From: an uncultured Bacilli bacterium
GTDB taxonomy: Bacteria; Bacillota_I; Bacilli_A; RF39; UBA660
Direction: 5' to 3'
NCBI GenBank assembly: GCA_944359625.1
Contig: CALVSW010000002.1
Span: 36,332 to 100,331, forward strand
DNA length: 64,000 nt
Shown here: positions 36,963 to 46,376 of the stretch, in pieces
How positions within the stretch are numbered: position 1 is the stretch's first letter
Layout: each line of letters begins with the position of its first letter
The notes under the pieces: model-generated
Databases searched by the model: none
What the model was told of the DNA's origin: nothing
Seen by the model: only the letters and a program-made list of their open reading frames with translations
Program-made: the position numbers and the translations under genes

Positions 36963-38368
36963 ATTTACCAAGTTTACAAGAAGCACGTAAAAGAAGTAAA
37001 GAAAAAACCGAAGTAGTTTATTTAAATCAAACAGAAGAAAAAATTGTTGACTATAAAAAGTATTTTTTAAGGACTTATGGTTGTCAAATGAATGTTCATG
37101 ATTCGGAACAAATAAAATTTATATTAGAATCTTTAGGTTATATGGAAACCGAAAAATTAGAAGATGCTGATATTGTTGTTTTAAATACTTGTGCAATTAG
37201 AGAAAATGCTCACGATAAAGTATTTGGTTATTTAGGAAGATGTAAACATCTAAAAGAAAGTAAAAAAGATTTAATTGTATGCCTAGGTGGGTGTATGGCT
37301 CAAGAAGAAGTTGTTGTTAATGAAATAAGAAATAAGTATCCATATGTTGATATTGTCTTTGGTACTCATAATATTCATGAACTTGGTTCGTTAATTAAAA
37401 ATACTTTACATAAACAAGATATTGAAGTTTATTCAATTGAAGGTAAAGTTTATGAAAACATTTTATATAAAAGAGATTCTAATATAACTGCTTGGGTAAA
37501 TATAATGTATGGTTGTGATAAGTTTTGTACTTATTGTATTGTACCATATACGAGAGGTAAACAAAGAAGTAGAAGAAGTAAAGAAATTATTAATGAAGTT
37601 AAATCTTTAGTAAATAAAGGTTATAGTGAAGTAACTTTATTAGGACAAAATGTTAATGCTTATGGTAAAGATTTAGAAGAAGAATTATCTTTTGCTGGAC
37701 TACTTGAAGAAGTTGCTAAAACAGGCATTAAAAGAATTAGATTTGTTACATCCCATCCTTGGGATTTTACCGATGATATGATTGATATTATTGCTAAGTA
37801 TGATAATATTATGCCTTATATTCATTTGCCATTACAATCTGGTTCTAGTAGGATATTAAAGTTAATGGGTAGAAGATATACTAAAGAAGAATATTTAAAA
37901 TTATTTGATAAGATGAAAGTAACAATACCTAATGTTGCGATATCAACTGATATAATTGTTGGTTTTCCTGGAGAAACTGATAAAGATTTTCAAGATACTT
38001 TAGATGTTGTAAATTATTGTAAATATGATAATGCCTATACTTTTATTTTCTCACCTCGTATTGGAACACCTGCTGCTAAGATGGAAGATAATACATCATT
38101 AAAAGTAAAAGAAGAAAGATTAGCTAAGTTAAATGAGTTAGTTAATAAATATTCTTTAGAACATAATAAAGAATTATTAAATAAAGAAGTATTAGTTTTA
38201 ATTGAAGGTATATCTGCCAAAGATTCAACAAAGTTATATGGTTATACTGATACTATGAAATTAGTAAATGTTGAAGGTAGTAAAGATTTAATCGGTAAAA
38301 TTGTTAAAGTATTAATTACAGATGCTAAAAGTTTTAGTTTAGATGGTAAAGTTATACAAAATAAGTAA
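36959..38368 (+). CDS. miaB: tRNA-2-methylthio-N6-dimethylallyladenosine synthase
   Basis: N-terminal UPF0004 cysteines (TYGCQMN, LNTCAIRE, GGCMAQ), radical SAM CDKFCTYC, and a TRAM tail. Confidence 0.9.
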   Translation: MNLPSLQEARKRSKEKTEVVYLNQTEEKIVDYKKYFLRTYGCQMNVHDSEQIKFILESLGYMETEKLEDADIVVLNTCAIRENAHDKVFGYLGRCKHLKESKKDLIVCLGGCMAQEEVVVNEIRNKYPYVDIVFGTHNIHELGSLIKNTLHKQDIEVYSIEGKVYENILYKRDSNITAWVNIMYGCDKFCTYCIVPYTRGKQRSRRSKEIINEVKSLVNKGYSEVTLLGQNVNAYGKDLEEELSFAGLLEEVAKTGIKRIRFVTSHPWDFTDDMIDIIAKYDNIMPYIHLPLQSGSSRILKLMGRRYTKEEYLKLFDKMKVTIPNVAISTDIIVGFPGETDKDFQDTLDVVNYCKYDNAYTFIFSPRIGTPAAKMEDNTSLKVKEERLAKLNELVNKYSLEHNKELLNKEVLVLIEGISAKDSTKLYGYTDTMKLVNVEGSKDLIGKIVKVLITDAKSFSLDGKVIQNK

Positions 38369-38444
38369 CTATTATTAGTTGCTTTTTTCTTTTATAAAAG
38401 ATTATTTTATGTTATAATCTTTTATAGAATATAGAGGGATATGT

Positions 38445-39221
38445 ATGGGAAAAACAACTAAAAAAGCAGTTAGTATTTGTATTACCAGTGCTAAAGGAGG
38501 AGTAGGTAAAACGACTACTACTTTAAATTTAGCAGGTATCTATGAAGTATTAGAAAAAAAAGTTTTAATTATTGATTTAGATGTTACTAATGGTGGTATT
38601 GCTTTATCATTAAATAAACCTTATAAAAAAGATATATATTCATTATTTGATGATATATCTTTAAATATTCATAATGAGTTTGCAACTTATACTACTAAGT
38701 ATGATGATTACATCGATATTTTACCTTGTTTTATAGATCCTCGTAGTGCTAGTAAAATAAGTAATTCTATTATTGAAGAAATAATAGATAGAGCTAGTTT
38801 TTTATATGATGTTATTTTAATTGATACAACGCATTTATTAAATGAATTAAATTTATATACTTTAGATAAAGTAGATAAGATATTATATATAATTGGTAAT
38901 GATGCTGTTAATTTAAAAAATATGAAATCGATTATTAAAATATTTAATGATTTAAAAATTAATAAATATAAAATATTATTAAACAATTCTTATAATCCAT
39001 ATAAAGAATATTTTAGTTTATATGATATTAAAAATATTATTAAAGCTAATATTGATTATTCTATATCTAGTGCCTTTTTTATACCTAATATCGATTCTTA
39101 TGTAATGAATGGTAAAATAATTACTTTAGATAAAAGAACTCCTAAAACATATGTTAAAGATTATGAAGTTTTACTTAATATAGCAACTGATTTATTAGTA
39201 GAGGAGGAAGAAAATGAGTAA
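38445..39221 (+). CDS. ParA/MinD-type ATPase, CpaE/TadZ-like
   Basis: Deviant Walker A SAKGGVGKTTTT; position ahead of the CpaF-like ATPase. Confidence 0.7.
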   Translation: MGKTTKKAVSICITSAKGGVGKTTTTLNLAGIYEVLEKKVLIIDLDVTNGGIALSLNKPYKKDIYSLFDDISLNIHNEFATYTTKYDDYIDILPCFIDPRSASKISNSIIEEIIDRASFLYDVILIDTTHLLNELNLYTLDKVDKILYIIGNDAVNLKNMKSIIKIFNDLKINKYKILLNNSYNPYKEYFSLYDIKNIIKANIDYSISSAFFIPNIDSYVMNGKIITLDKRTPKTYVKDYEVLLNIATDLLVEEEENE

Positions 39222-40434
39222 TTTAGTTAGTCATTTTAATTTAAAACCAGATAATTATATTTATGAACAAGATTATGAAATATTTAAAGATAAAGAAAAG
39301 TTAGAAAAATTAAAAGATGAATTATTAGAAATGGTTATTGATGGTTCTAATGGTCAAGTAAATAATAATATAATTATTGAAAAACTAGATATTGTAACTA
39401 AAGATATGAATTTAACAACTCTTGAACGTAATTATTTATATAATTTAATAGATAATGAAATAAATGGAAATGGTCCAATTACAGCAGCTTTAAAAGATGT
39501 TGCTGTAAATAAGATAATGGTTAATTCTTGTAAAGATATATATATAGAAACTTCTGATGGTTTAATTAAAGATACTAGTATTTCATTTATTAATAATGAT
39601 CATATTATTAAAACGGTTGAAAAATTATTAGAGAAAAATAATTGCTATTACGATAAAAATAATCCTATTATAAATGCTAAATTAAGTGATGGTAGTAATC
39701 TATTTGCTATATTTCCACCTAAGATAAATAATCCAATATTTACTATTAAAAAGTATAACCCTTTAGTAACTTCATTAAATGAACAAGTAAGATTAGGAAC
39801 TTTAACTCCATATATGGCTCGTTTTTTAGAAGCTGCTATTGTAGCTAATTTAAATATACTAGTATGTGGTTCAGCTTTATCAGGAAAATCAACTTTTTTA
39901 AGTGCTTTTATAAATTTAATACCTGATAAGAATCGTATTATAGTTAATGATACGGATTCTTCTATTAATATAAAAAGAGATAATATAATTAATGTTAATA
40001 ATATTAATTTAGATTATCTTAATAATTTATATCCAGATAATATTATTATATCTTCGATAGATAATAATGTTTTAAATAATATTATTTATATGAATAAACA
40101 TAAGGGAATAATAAGTGCTTATACTACTAACAAAGAAGATTATTTTGATGATATAACTAATGAAATATTAGTTACTAATCCTTTATTAAATAAAGAATTA
40201 ATAACTTATTATTTATTAAATTCCGTAGATTTAATTGTATATTTAGAAAAAATGCCTGATAATAAAATTAAAATGCGTAGTATTAGAGAAATAGATAATA
40301 ATAAGTTAAGAATGATATTTAGTTATCAAGATGATGAATTTAAGTTATATAATTTTATTCCTAATACTTATAAGATTATTAAGGATAAAGGTATAAATAT
40401 GATTGATGATATATTTAAAGGTGATAATAAATGA
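39214..40434 (+). CDS. CpaF/TadA-like secretion ATPase (motif-divergent)
   Basis: Walker A GSALSGKST present. The Asp box, Walker B and His box regions appear non-canonical (see findings). Confidence 0.7.
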   Translation: MSNLVSHFNLKPDNYIYEQDYEIFKDKEKLEKLKDELLEMVIDGSNGQVNNNIIIEKLDIVTKDMNLTTLERNYLYNLIDNEINGNGPITAALKDVAVNKIMVNSCKDIYIETSDGLIKDTSISFINNDHIIKTVEKLLEKNNCYYDKNNPIINAKLSDGSNLFAIFPPKINNPIFTIKKYNPLVTSLNEQVRLGTLTPYMARFLEAAIVANLNILVCGSALSGKSTFLSAFINLIPDKNRIIVNDTDSSINIKRDNIINVNNINLDYLNNLYPDNIIISSIDNNVLNNIIYMNKHKGIISAYTTNKEDYFDDITNEILVTNPLLNKELITYYLLNSVDLIVYLEKMPDNKIKMRSIREIDNNKLRMIFSYQDDEFKLYNFIPNTYKIIKDKGINMIDDIFKGDNK

Positions 40435-41420
40435 ATCCTTTTGTTATTCAAATAATTTTATTTATATGTATCTTATTATTTATTATTTATTTATTAAAAT
40501 TAATTAATAGTTTAAAAAGAGATATTCATATATCTAAATTTAGTTTAGATAGTACTTTACAAAAAAAATCACTGGTAACTAGTATTGATATTAAATTATG
40601 GAATTTAATAGATAAATTAAATAATGGTTTATCTAATTATAATCTTATTAATAAATTATCTTCTAAATATAGTAAGTATATTTTAAAATCAGAGTATGAT
40701 TATAAAAAAGAAATTAATTATTTTAGTATAAAATTATTAATTATTATTGGTTTATTAATTTTAAATATTATTGCAATATGCTTTAATTTATTTCCTGTTA
40801 ATTTAATAACTATTATTTTAAGTATTTTAATTGGTTATTTTGGTCCTGATTTATTTTGGCAGTATTTATTTCAAAAAAGGGTTAATAAAATAAGTAAAGA
40901 TTTACATTTAAGTATTCGTACTATTTCATCTTCTTTAAATAATAATTCTAGTATTAAAGAAGCTTTAAAATATGCTAGTAGTATCATAAAAGGTGATATT
41001 AATGATGAATTAGAAAAAATTTATGATGATTTAGAGTATGGAATATCTTTAGCAAATGCTTATAAAAGATTTTATAAAAGATGTAAATTAAAAGATATTA
41101 AATATATATATAAAGCTTTAGAATATGGGGAAGTACTTAATTTAAGTTATGATGTTATATTTAATAATATATATAATTATTTTAAAAATAAATATGAATT
41201 AGAAGAAAAGTTTACAAAAGAAACCGATGTTTATAATTATTTATTTTTAATAGTATTATTAATACCTTTATTACTATATATATTTATTGCGTTTTTTAAA
41301 CCAATGTATTTTAATAAATTATATACTGGTTATGGTATATTTGTTTTACTAGGAATAATATTAGCTTATACTATATTTATATATATTGTTAAGATCTTAT
41401 TGGAGGCTAAAAATGAATAA
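40431..41420 (+). CDS. TadB-like type II secretion system F-domain membrane protein
   Basis: Polytopic membrane protein. T2SSF-like cytoplasmic segment (…SIKEALKYAS…ELEKIYDDLEYGISLANAYKRF). Confidence 0.65.
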   Translation: MNPFVIQIILFICILLFIIYLLKLINSLKRDIHISKFSLDSTLQKKSLVTSIDIKLWNLIDKLNNGLSNYNLINKLSSKYSKYILKSEYDYKKEINYFSIKLLIIIGLLILNIIAICFNLFPVNLITIILSILIGYFGPDLFWQYLFQKRVNKISKDLHLSIRTISSSLNNNSSIKEALKYASSIIKGDINDELEKIYDDLEYGISLANAYKRFYKRCKLKDIKYIYKALEYGEVLNLSYDVIFNNIYNYFKNKYELEEKFTKETDVYNYLFLIVLLIPLLLYIFIAFFKPMYFNKLYTGYGIFVLLGIILAYTIFIYIVKILLEAKNE

Positions 41421-42078
41421 TATAATAGCTTTTATATATCCTAAAACTTATATTAATAAGATAGATTCTAAAATAAAAAGTTTAGGTAGTTTTAATAAGT
41501 TAACTACTAGTAGTTTTATTTTATCAAGACTAATATTAGAATGTTTAATATTTTTAATCTTTATTTTAATACCTATTTATGGGTTGTTATTAAGTATTTT
41601 ATTTGTTATATTATTTCATTTTCTATATGAAGATATACTTATTACTTCCAAATTAATTACTCGTAATAAAGATATGACTAAAGATGCTATTATGTATTTT
41701 AATATACTTTTATTAAATATTAATAATTATAAAAGTATAGAAGATTTATTATTAATAAGTAGTAATATTATAAATAATCGTTTTACTAAGCAATTAAAAG
41801 TATTATTAAAAGGGAATAATTATCAAGAAGCCTTATTAGAACTATCTAGTAGTATTCCTAATGGTATTTTAGCAGATTATTTAAAAGATATGAGTATATG
41901 TAAAAGTAATCAAGAATTGGAAATAATTATCCATAATTTATTAAATGATTTAAATGAAAATAATCTTGAATCTTTAAATAAAAAAATAGGTTTATTACCT
42001 TTAAAATTTACGATATTAGTAATTATTTTCTTAGTTATTGTACTAGGTTTGTTAATTGTTTTACCTAAGTATATGTAA
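41413..42078 (+). CDS. TadC-like type II secretion system F-domain membrane protein
   Basis: ATG at 41413 after TGGAGG. TM segments flank a T2SSF-like soluble segment. Confidence 0.55.
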   Translation: MNNIIAFIYPKTYINKIDSKIKSLGSFNKLTTSSFILSRLILECLIFLIFILIPIYGLLLSILFVILFHFLYEDILITSKLITRNKDMTKDAIMYFNILLLNINNYKSIEDLLLISSNIINNRFTKQLKVLLKGNNYQEALLELSSSIPNGILADYLKDMSICKSNQELEIIIHNLLNDLNENNLESLNKKIGLLPLKFTILVIIFLVIVLGLLIVLPKYM

Positions 42079-42141
42079 TTATTATTGCCAAATATCATAA
42101 AATTATGGTATTCTATTGTTAGAAAGAATAGAGGTGTGTTT

Positions 42142-42648
42142 ATGCGTGAGTTTATGATTAAATTATATAGTTATGAAAACTTTCCTATAATTTTATTTTC
42201 GGTTATTGGTATCTTATTAGTATTATTTATAATAACTTTAATATTAGCCTTAAATGATACGAAAAAGAAAAAAGATAATATTATAAACGAAGATAAAAGT
42301 GATGATAAAACATTACCGGAAGTTCATGATGAAGTAATTAGTTCAACAAAACCTGATATCAAAGAAGAAGTAGTACCTGAAAATACTCCAATTATTGAAG
42401 ATTTTTCTTTTGATGATGTTGATTTGCCAAGTACTAGTAAAGTTGTTGATAACTCTTCAAAAGAAGTTGTTAGCCCAAGTATTGATTTTACGAAGGTAGT
42501 ATCTAATGAAGAAATTGAGTTACCTAAGACTAATGATATATTTAAAGAAGATAAACAGGCTGAACCTACAAAAGTAATTAATGAAACTGATATATTTAAT
42601 GTTAAATCATTAAATGATATTCCCGAAGAAGAATATCGTATTAGATAA
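42142..42648 (+). CDS. Single-pass membrane protein with an acidic, Pro/Glu/Val-rich ectodomain
   Basis: ATG at 42142 after GAGGTG; TM PIILFSVIGILLVLFIITLILAL. No recognised domain. Confidence 0.55.
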   Translation: MREFMIKLYSYENFPIILFSVIGILLVLFIITLILALNDTKKKKDNIINEDKSDDKTLPEVHDEVISSTKPDIKEEVVPENTPIIEDFSFDDVDLPSTSKVVDNSSKEVVSPSIDFTKVVSNEEIELPKTNDIFKEDKQAEPTKVINETDIFNVKSLNDIPEEEYRIR

Positions 42649-42701
42649 GAAGTATCTTTTATTACTTCTTTTTTCATGGTACAATTTTATTGGTGATATA
42701 T

Positions 42702-43613
42702 ATGCTTTATTTATTAGTTAGTAATAGTTACCATATATTAGATGAAGAAATAAAAAAAATAGTAAAAGATGAAAAATATGAAGTAATTGATTATTTAAAA
42801 ACTACTTTAGAAGATATCGTTATGGAAGCTAGTTATAGTGATTTATTTTCAAATAAGAAAATATTAATTATTAAAAATGCTACTTTTTTTAGTACTAAAA
42901 TAGATACATCTTCTTTAGATAAATACTTATTAAATATTAATCCTAATACTATTTTAATATTTACTTGTAATAATATTGATGAACGTTTAAAAATAGTTAA
43001 AACTTTTAAAGATAGTTATAATTATAAAATTAATAATATTTTATATCAAAAAGATATAGTTAATAAGTTAATCGAAATAGCGAAAAAAAAAGATTATAAT
43101 CTAAGTATAGAAAGTGCTATTTATATAAGTAAATCTTCTTTAGATAATTATGATATTGCCTATAATAATTTAGAAAAAATATTTTTATATTATAATAAAC
43201 CTTGTAAGATAAATGAATCTGATGTTATTAATTTAGTATCTGTATCTTTGGAAGAAAATAATTTTAAGTTTATAGAAAGTGTTATAAATAATGATACTGA
43301 AAATGCTTTTAAAATATTAAATGATTTAAAGATAAAAAAAATAGAGCCTTTAAGTTTATTTAACTTATTAGCTCGTGAATATCGCTTAATGCTTATTTTA
43401 AAAGAAGAATATCAAAAAAAGAGTCGTAGTTATATAATGAAATTATTAAATATTAGAGATTGGCAATTAGAAAAGTTATTAAAGCAAGCATCAAAATATA
43501 ATAGAGAATACTTAGAAGATAAATTAATAGAGATATGTGAATATGATTATCAAATTAAAACTGGTAAAATAGACAAGTTTTTAGCGTTAGAATTATTTAT
43601 TTTAAATAATTAG
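42702..43613 (+). CDS. holA: DNA polymerase III delta subunit
   Basis: Size and layout typical of HolA (…LFSNKKILIIKNATFF…, C-terminal …DYQIKTGK…). ATG at 42702 preferred. Confidence 0.7.
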   Translation: MLYLLVSNSYHILDEEIKKIVKDEKYEVIDYLKTTLEDIVMEASYSDLFSNKKILIIKNATFFSTKIDTSSLDKYLLNINPNTILIFTCNNIDERLKIVKTFKDSYNYKINNILYQKDIVNKLIEIAKKKDYNLSIESAIYISKSSLDNYDIAYNNLEKIFLYYNKPCKINESDVINLVSVSLEENNFKFIESVINNDTENAFKILNDLKIKKIEPLSLFNLLAREYRLMLILKEEYQKKSRSYIMKLLNIRDWQLEKLLKQASKYNREYLEDKLIEICEYDYQIKTGKIDKFLALELFILNN

Positions 43614-44535
43614 TTAATTTTAATGTATTTTTGTAATCAAATTTTACATATTTTTTTAAATTTTCTAAACCAATTTTTTCTACTAAGGTTTTGGCAAATT
43701 TATCAACTTCGCTACCTGCTCCTAAAGGAATATCCATTCCAATTTCGGTACTCATTTTTTTAATTTCTTTAAGAAATATATAACGACTTATAACAGCAGC
43801 AGCAGCAACTGACATTGCTTGATCTTCAGCTTTAGTAATAAAAGTAACATTCTTAATTTGTTCATTACAATCTTTAATATGTTCATAAAACTTTTTAGGA
43901 TAAACAAATTGATCTATAATTATTTTTTTATAAGGATAATTATCTTTTTTTATTAAGTTCGTTAAAACTTTATTATGTAATATAGATTTTATTTTATTTA
44001 AATTACGATCTTCATCTTTTAATTTATTATAAGAAGAATTATCTAATATATAAGTAACATAAGGAATTACTTTAATAATTTTAGGTGCTATTTCATTAAT
44101 TTTAGTATCAGTTATTTTTTTAGAATCTCTAACTCCTAATTCTTTTAAATAGGCAATATTTTCTTTAGAAACAAAAGTAGCAGTTACAACAATCGGCCCA
44201 AAATAATCCCCTGTTCCTACTTCATCAGAACCAATAGTATCAGTATTATAGAATACTTTTTTTTCATCTTTCTTTTTATCTTTTTTATCTAAAGAAATAA
44301 TTCGCTTATTTTTAATACGTTCTTGTTCAATCCAAATACTAGCTTCAATATCCGCAGAAAGTCCTTGAAACATTACTTTACCAGATTCATATAATGTAAT
44401 AATCGTATCATAGTTTATAACTTGGAATACGGCATATGGTGGTGTTTTACGAGCTGGATATTTTAAGTAGTAGTTAATAAATTTTTCTTTTAAATTATCA
44501 CTTATTTTAAAGACTACATATTTATTATTATTCAT
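43597..44535 (-). CDS. rnhC: Ribonuclease HIII
   Basis: N-terminal RNase HIII DUF3378-like domain, then GSDEVGTGDYFGPIVV and DSKK motifs. True start ATG at 44535 after GAAAGGGG; the ORF-track extension to 44931 is antisense to cvpA. Confidence 0.85.
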   Translation of the reverse strand: MNNNKYVVFKISDNLKEKFINYYLKYPARKTPPYAVFQVINYDTIITLYESGKVMFQGLSADIEASIWIEQERIKNKRIISLDKKDKKKDEKKVFYNTDTIGSDEVGTGDYFGPIVVTATFVSKENIAYLKELGVRDSKKITDTKINEIAPKIIKVIPYVTYILDNSSYNKLKDEDRNLNKIKSILHNKVLTNLIKKDNYPYKKIIIDQFVYPKKFYEHIKDCNEQIKNVTFITKAEDQAMSVAAAAVISRYIFLKEIKKMSTEIGMDIPLGAGSEVDKFAKTLVEKIGLENLKKYVKFDYKNTLKLTNYLK

Positions 44536-44626
44536 AAATACCCCTTTCAAAACTATGCATATTTTAGCATGTTTTACTTTATTTTTCAAATTAATTATTA
44601 TATACTTAATTATAAGGATGTGAATT

Positions 44627-45337
44627 ATGGTTAATACGATAGATGCTATTATAATAATATTTCTATTATTAGGAGCCCTGTATGGATTTAAAAGAGGGGT
44701 AATAAAAAGTTCTGTATCTTTTTTCGGTACATTACTAGTTATTATTTTATCTTTTACTTTAAAAAATCCGTTATCAGAATTTATGTATATGCATTTACCA
44801 TTTTTTAATTTTTCGGGAGAGTTAGCTGGTATAAGTGTTTTTAATATTTTAATATATGAAGGTATTGCTTTTTTAATTATCTTTGGGATATTAGAAGTAT
44901 TATTAAAGTTAGTTATTTTTGCTAGTGGCATTTTAGAAAAAATCTTAAGAATTACGATTGTATTTGGTGCTTTTTCTAAGATACTAGGTTTAATATTTGG
45001 TTTTATAGAATATTACTTAATTACCTTTGTCGTTTTATTTATCTTTGCTAATTTAAGCTTTTCAGCTTCTTATATTGAAGATAGTAACATAGCTAATAAG
45101 ATATTATTAGGAACTCCAGTACTAGGAGATGTAATTGCTGATGAGGCTAGCGCTATAAAAGAAATATTAGATTTACAAAAGATTTATAATGATAATAAGG
45201 AGGAATGTAATAAAGAAGCATTTGCTATTTTAATTAAATATAATATATTAAATATTGATAGTGCGAGTGAATTAGTAAGTAGTGGAAAACTAAAAATTCC
45301 AGATGCAGAAAAAATAATTGATGAATATAGAAAGTAG
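44627..45337 (+). CDS. cvpA: CvpA family membrane protein
   Basis: N-terminal [20 protein letters not shown] is typical of the colicin V production protein family; four TM segments. Confidence 0.8.
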   Translation: MVNTIDAIIIIFLLLGALYGFKRGVIKSSVSFFGTLLVIILSFTLKNPLSEFMYMHLPFFNFSGELAGISVFNILIYEGIAFLIIFGILEVLLKLVIFASGILEKILRITIVFGAFSKILGLIFGFIEYYLITFVVLFIFANLSFSASYIEDSNIANKILLGTPVLGDVIADEASAIKEILDLQKIYNDNKEECNKEAFAILIKYNILNIDSASELVSSGKLKIPDAEKIIDEYRK

Positions 45338-45344
45338 GTTAGAA

Positions 45345-45629
45345 ATGATAAAACATTTAGAAAATGAAGATTTTAATAAGGAAATAAAGGGAAAAAGAGT
45401 TTTGGTAGATTTTTATGCTGATTGGTGCGGACCTTGTAAGATGATGGGTAAGGTATTAGAGGATGTTGATTTTGATATCTTAAAAGTTAATGTTGATACT
45501 CATAGTGATCTTGCAAAAGAATTTGGAGTAATGTCTATCCCAACATTAATCTTATTTGAAGATGGTAAAGCTGTAAAGAAAAGTATTGGCTTTATGGGTA
45601 AAGATGATTTAGAAGATTTTCTAAAATAA
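45345..45629 (+). CDS. trxA: Thioredoxin
   Basis: WCGPC active site ([12 protein letters not shown]) and VMSIPTL. ATG at 45345 gives the canonical length. Confidence 0.9.
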   Translation: MIKHLENEDFNKEIKGKRVLVDFYADWCGPCKMMGKVLEDVDFDILKVNVDTHSDLAKEFGVMSIPTLILFEDGKAVKKSIGFMGKDDLEDFLK

Positions 45630-45652
45630 GACTAGTAATAGTCTTTTTTTAA
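45628..45652 (+). terminator. Rho-independent terminator after trxA
   Basis: AAGACTA-GTAA-TAGTCTT followed by TTTTT. Confidence 0.85.
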
Positions 45653-45707
45653 ATTGCTAAAAGATTAAAAAAATATTAAAATAAATATAAAAGAAGGAGT
45701 AATATAT

Positions 45708-46340
45708 ATGAATAATAAGTTTAATTTAACTAGAGAACAAAATGTATTTGTAGCTAAAAGAAATATAGTCGATTATATATGGAAGAGTGCTAATCTAGAA
45801 GGAATAGGAGTTACTTATCCAGAAACACAAGCTATTTATGATGGGGGTATAGTTAATGGATTAACAGTTGATAATATTATTGCAATATGTAATTTGAAAA
45901 ATGCTTGGCAATTTATTTTAGAAAATAAAGATATTAATTATAATTTTAATGTCTTATGTCATATTCATAAGTTAGTAGCAGATAGGTTAGTTTTAGAACA
46001 AGATTTAGGTAAAATAAGAACTACTCCGGTTCCAATTGAATCTCAAATAATTGAAGAACTAAATAGTTTATTAAATCAAGAAGATAAATCTAAAACTGAA
46101 ATTGCCATAGAAGTAATGCTATATATTATGCGAAGACAAATGTTTATCGATGGTAATAAAAGAGTAGCAATGTTATTTGCTAATAGAATAATGATTGATA
46201 ATGGATGTGGAATAATATCTATTGCTCAAGAATATCAACCTACTTTTTATGAAAAACTTATTAAATATTATGAATCTAATGATATAAATGATTTAAAAAA
46301 ATGGATTTATGACCATTGTATAGATGGAATTAACTTATAA
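45708..46340 (+). CDS. Fic/Doc family-like protein with a non-canonical motif
   Basis: QMFIDGNKRVAMLFAN resembles the Doc/Fic motif HxFxDGNKR, but Gln occupies the His position. Confidence 0.55.
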   Translation: MNNKFNLTREQNVFVAKRNIVDYIWKSANLEGIGVTYPETQAIYDGGIVNGLTVDNIIAICNLKNAWQFILENKDINYNFNVLCHIHKLVADRLVLEQDLGKIRTTPVPIESQIIEELNSLLNQEDKSKTEIAIEVMLYIMRRQMFIDGNKRVAMLFANRIMIDNGCGIISIAQEYQPTFYEKLIKYYESNDINDLKKWIYDHCIDGINL

Positions 46341-46376
46341 ATATATGTTATACTTTCTCATTAGAAAGGGATACTT

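Noticed and set aside
44536-44931. N-terminal 132-aa extension of the RNase HIII ORF in the track (43597-44931).
   Set aside because: The extension is antisense to the cvpA coding region and is hydrophobic nonsense. A canonical ATG with a GAAAGGGG RBS at 44535 gives the standard 312-aa RNase HIII.
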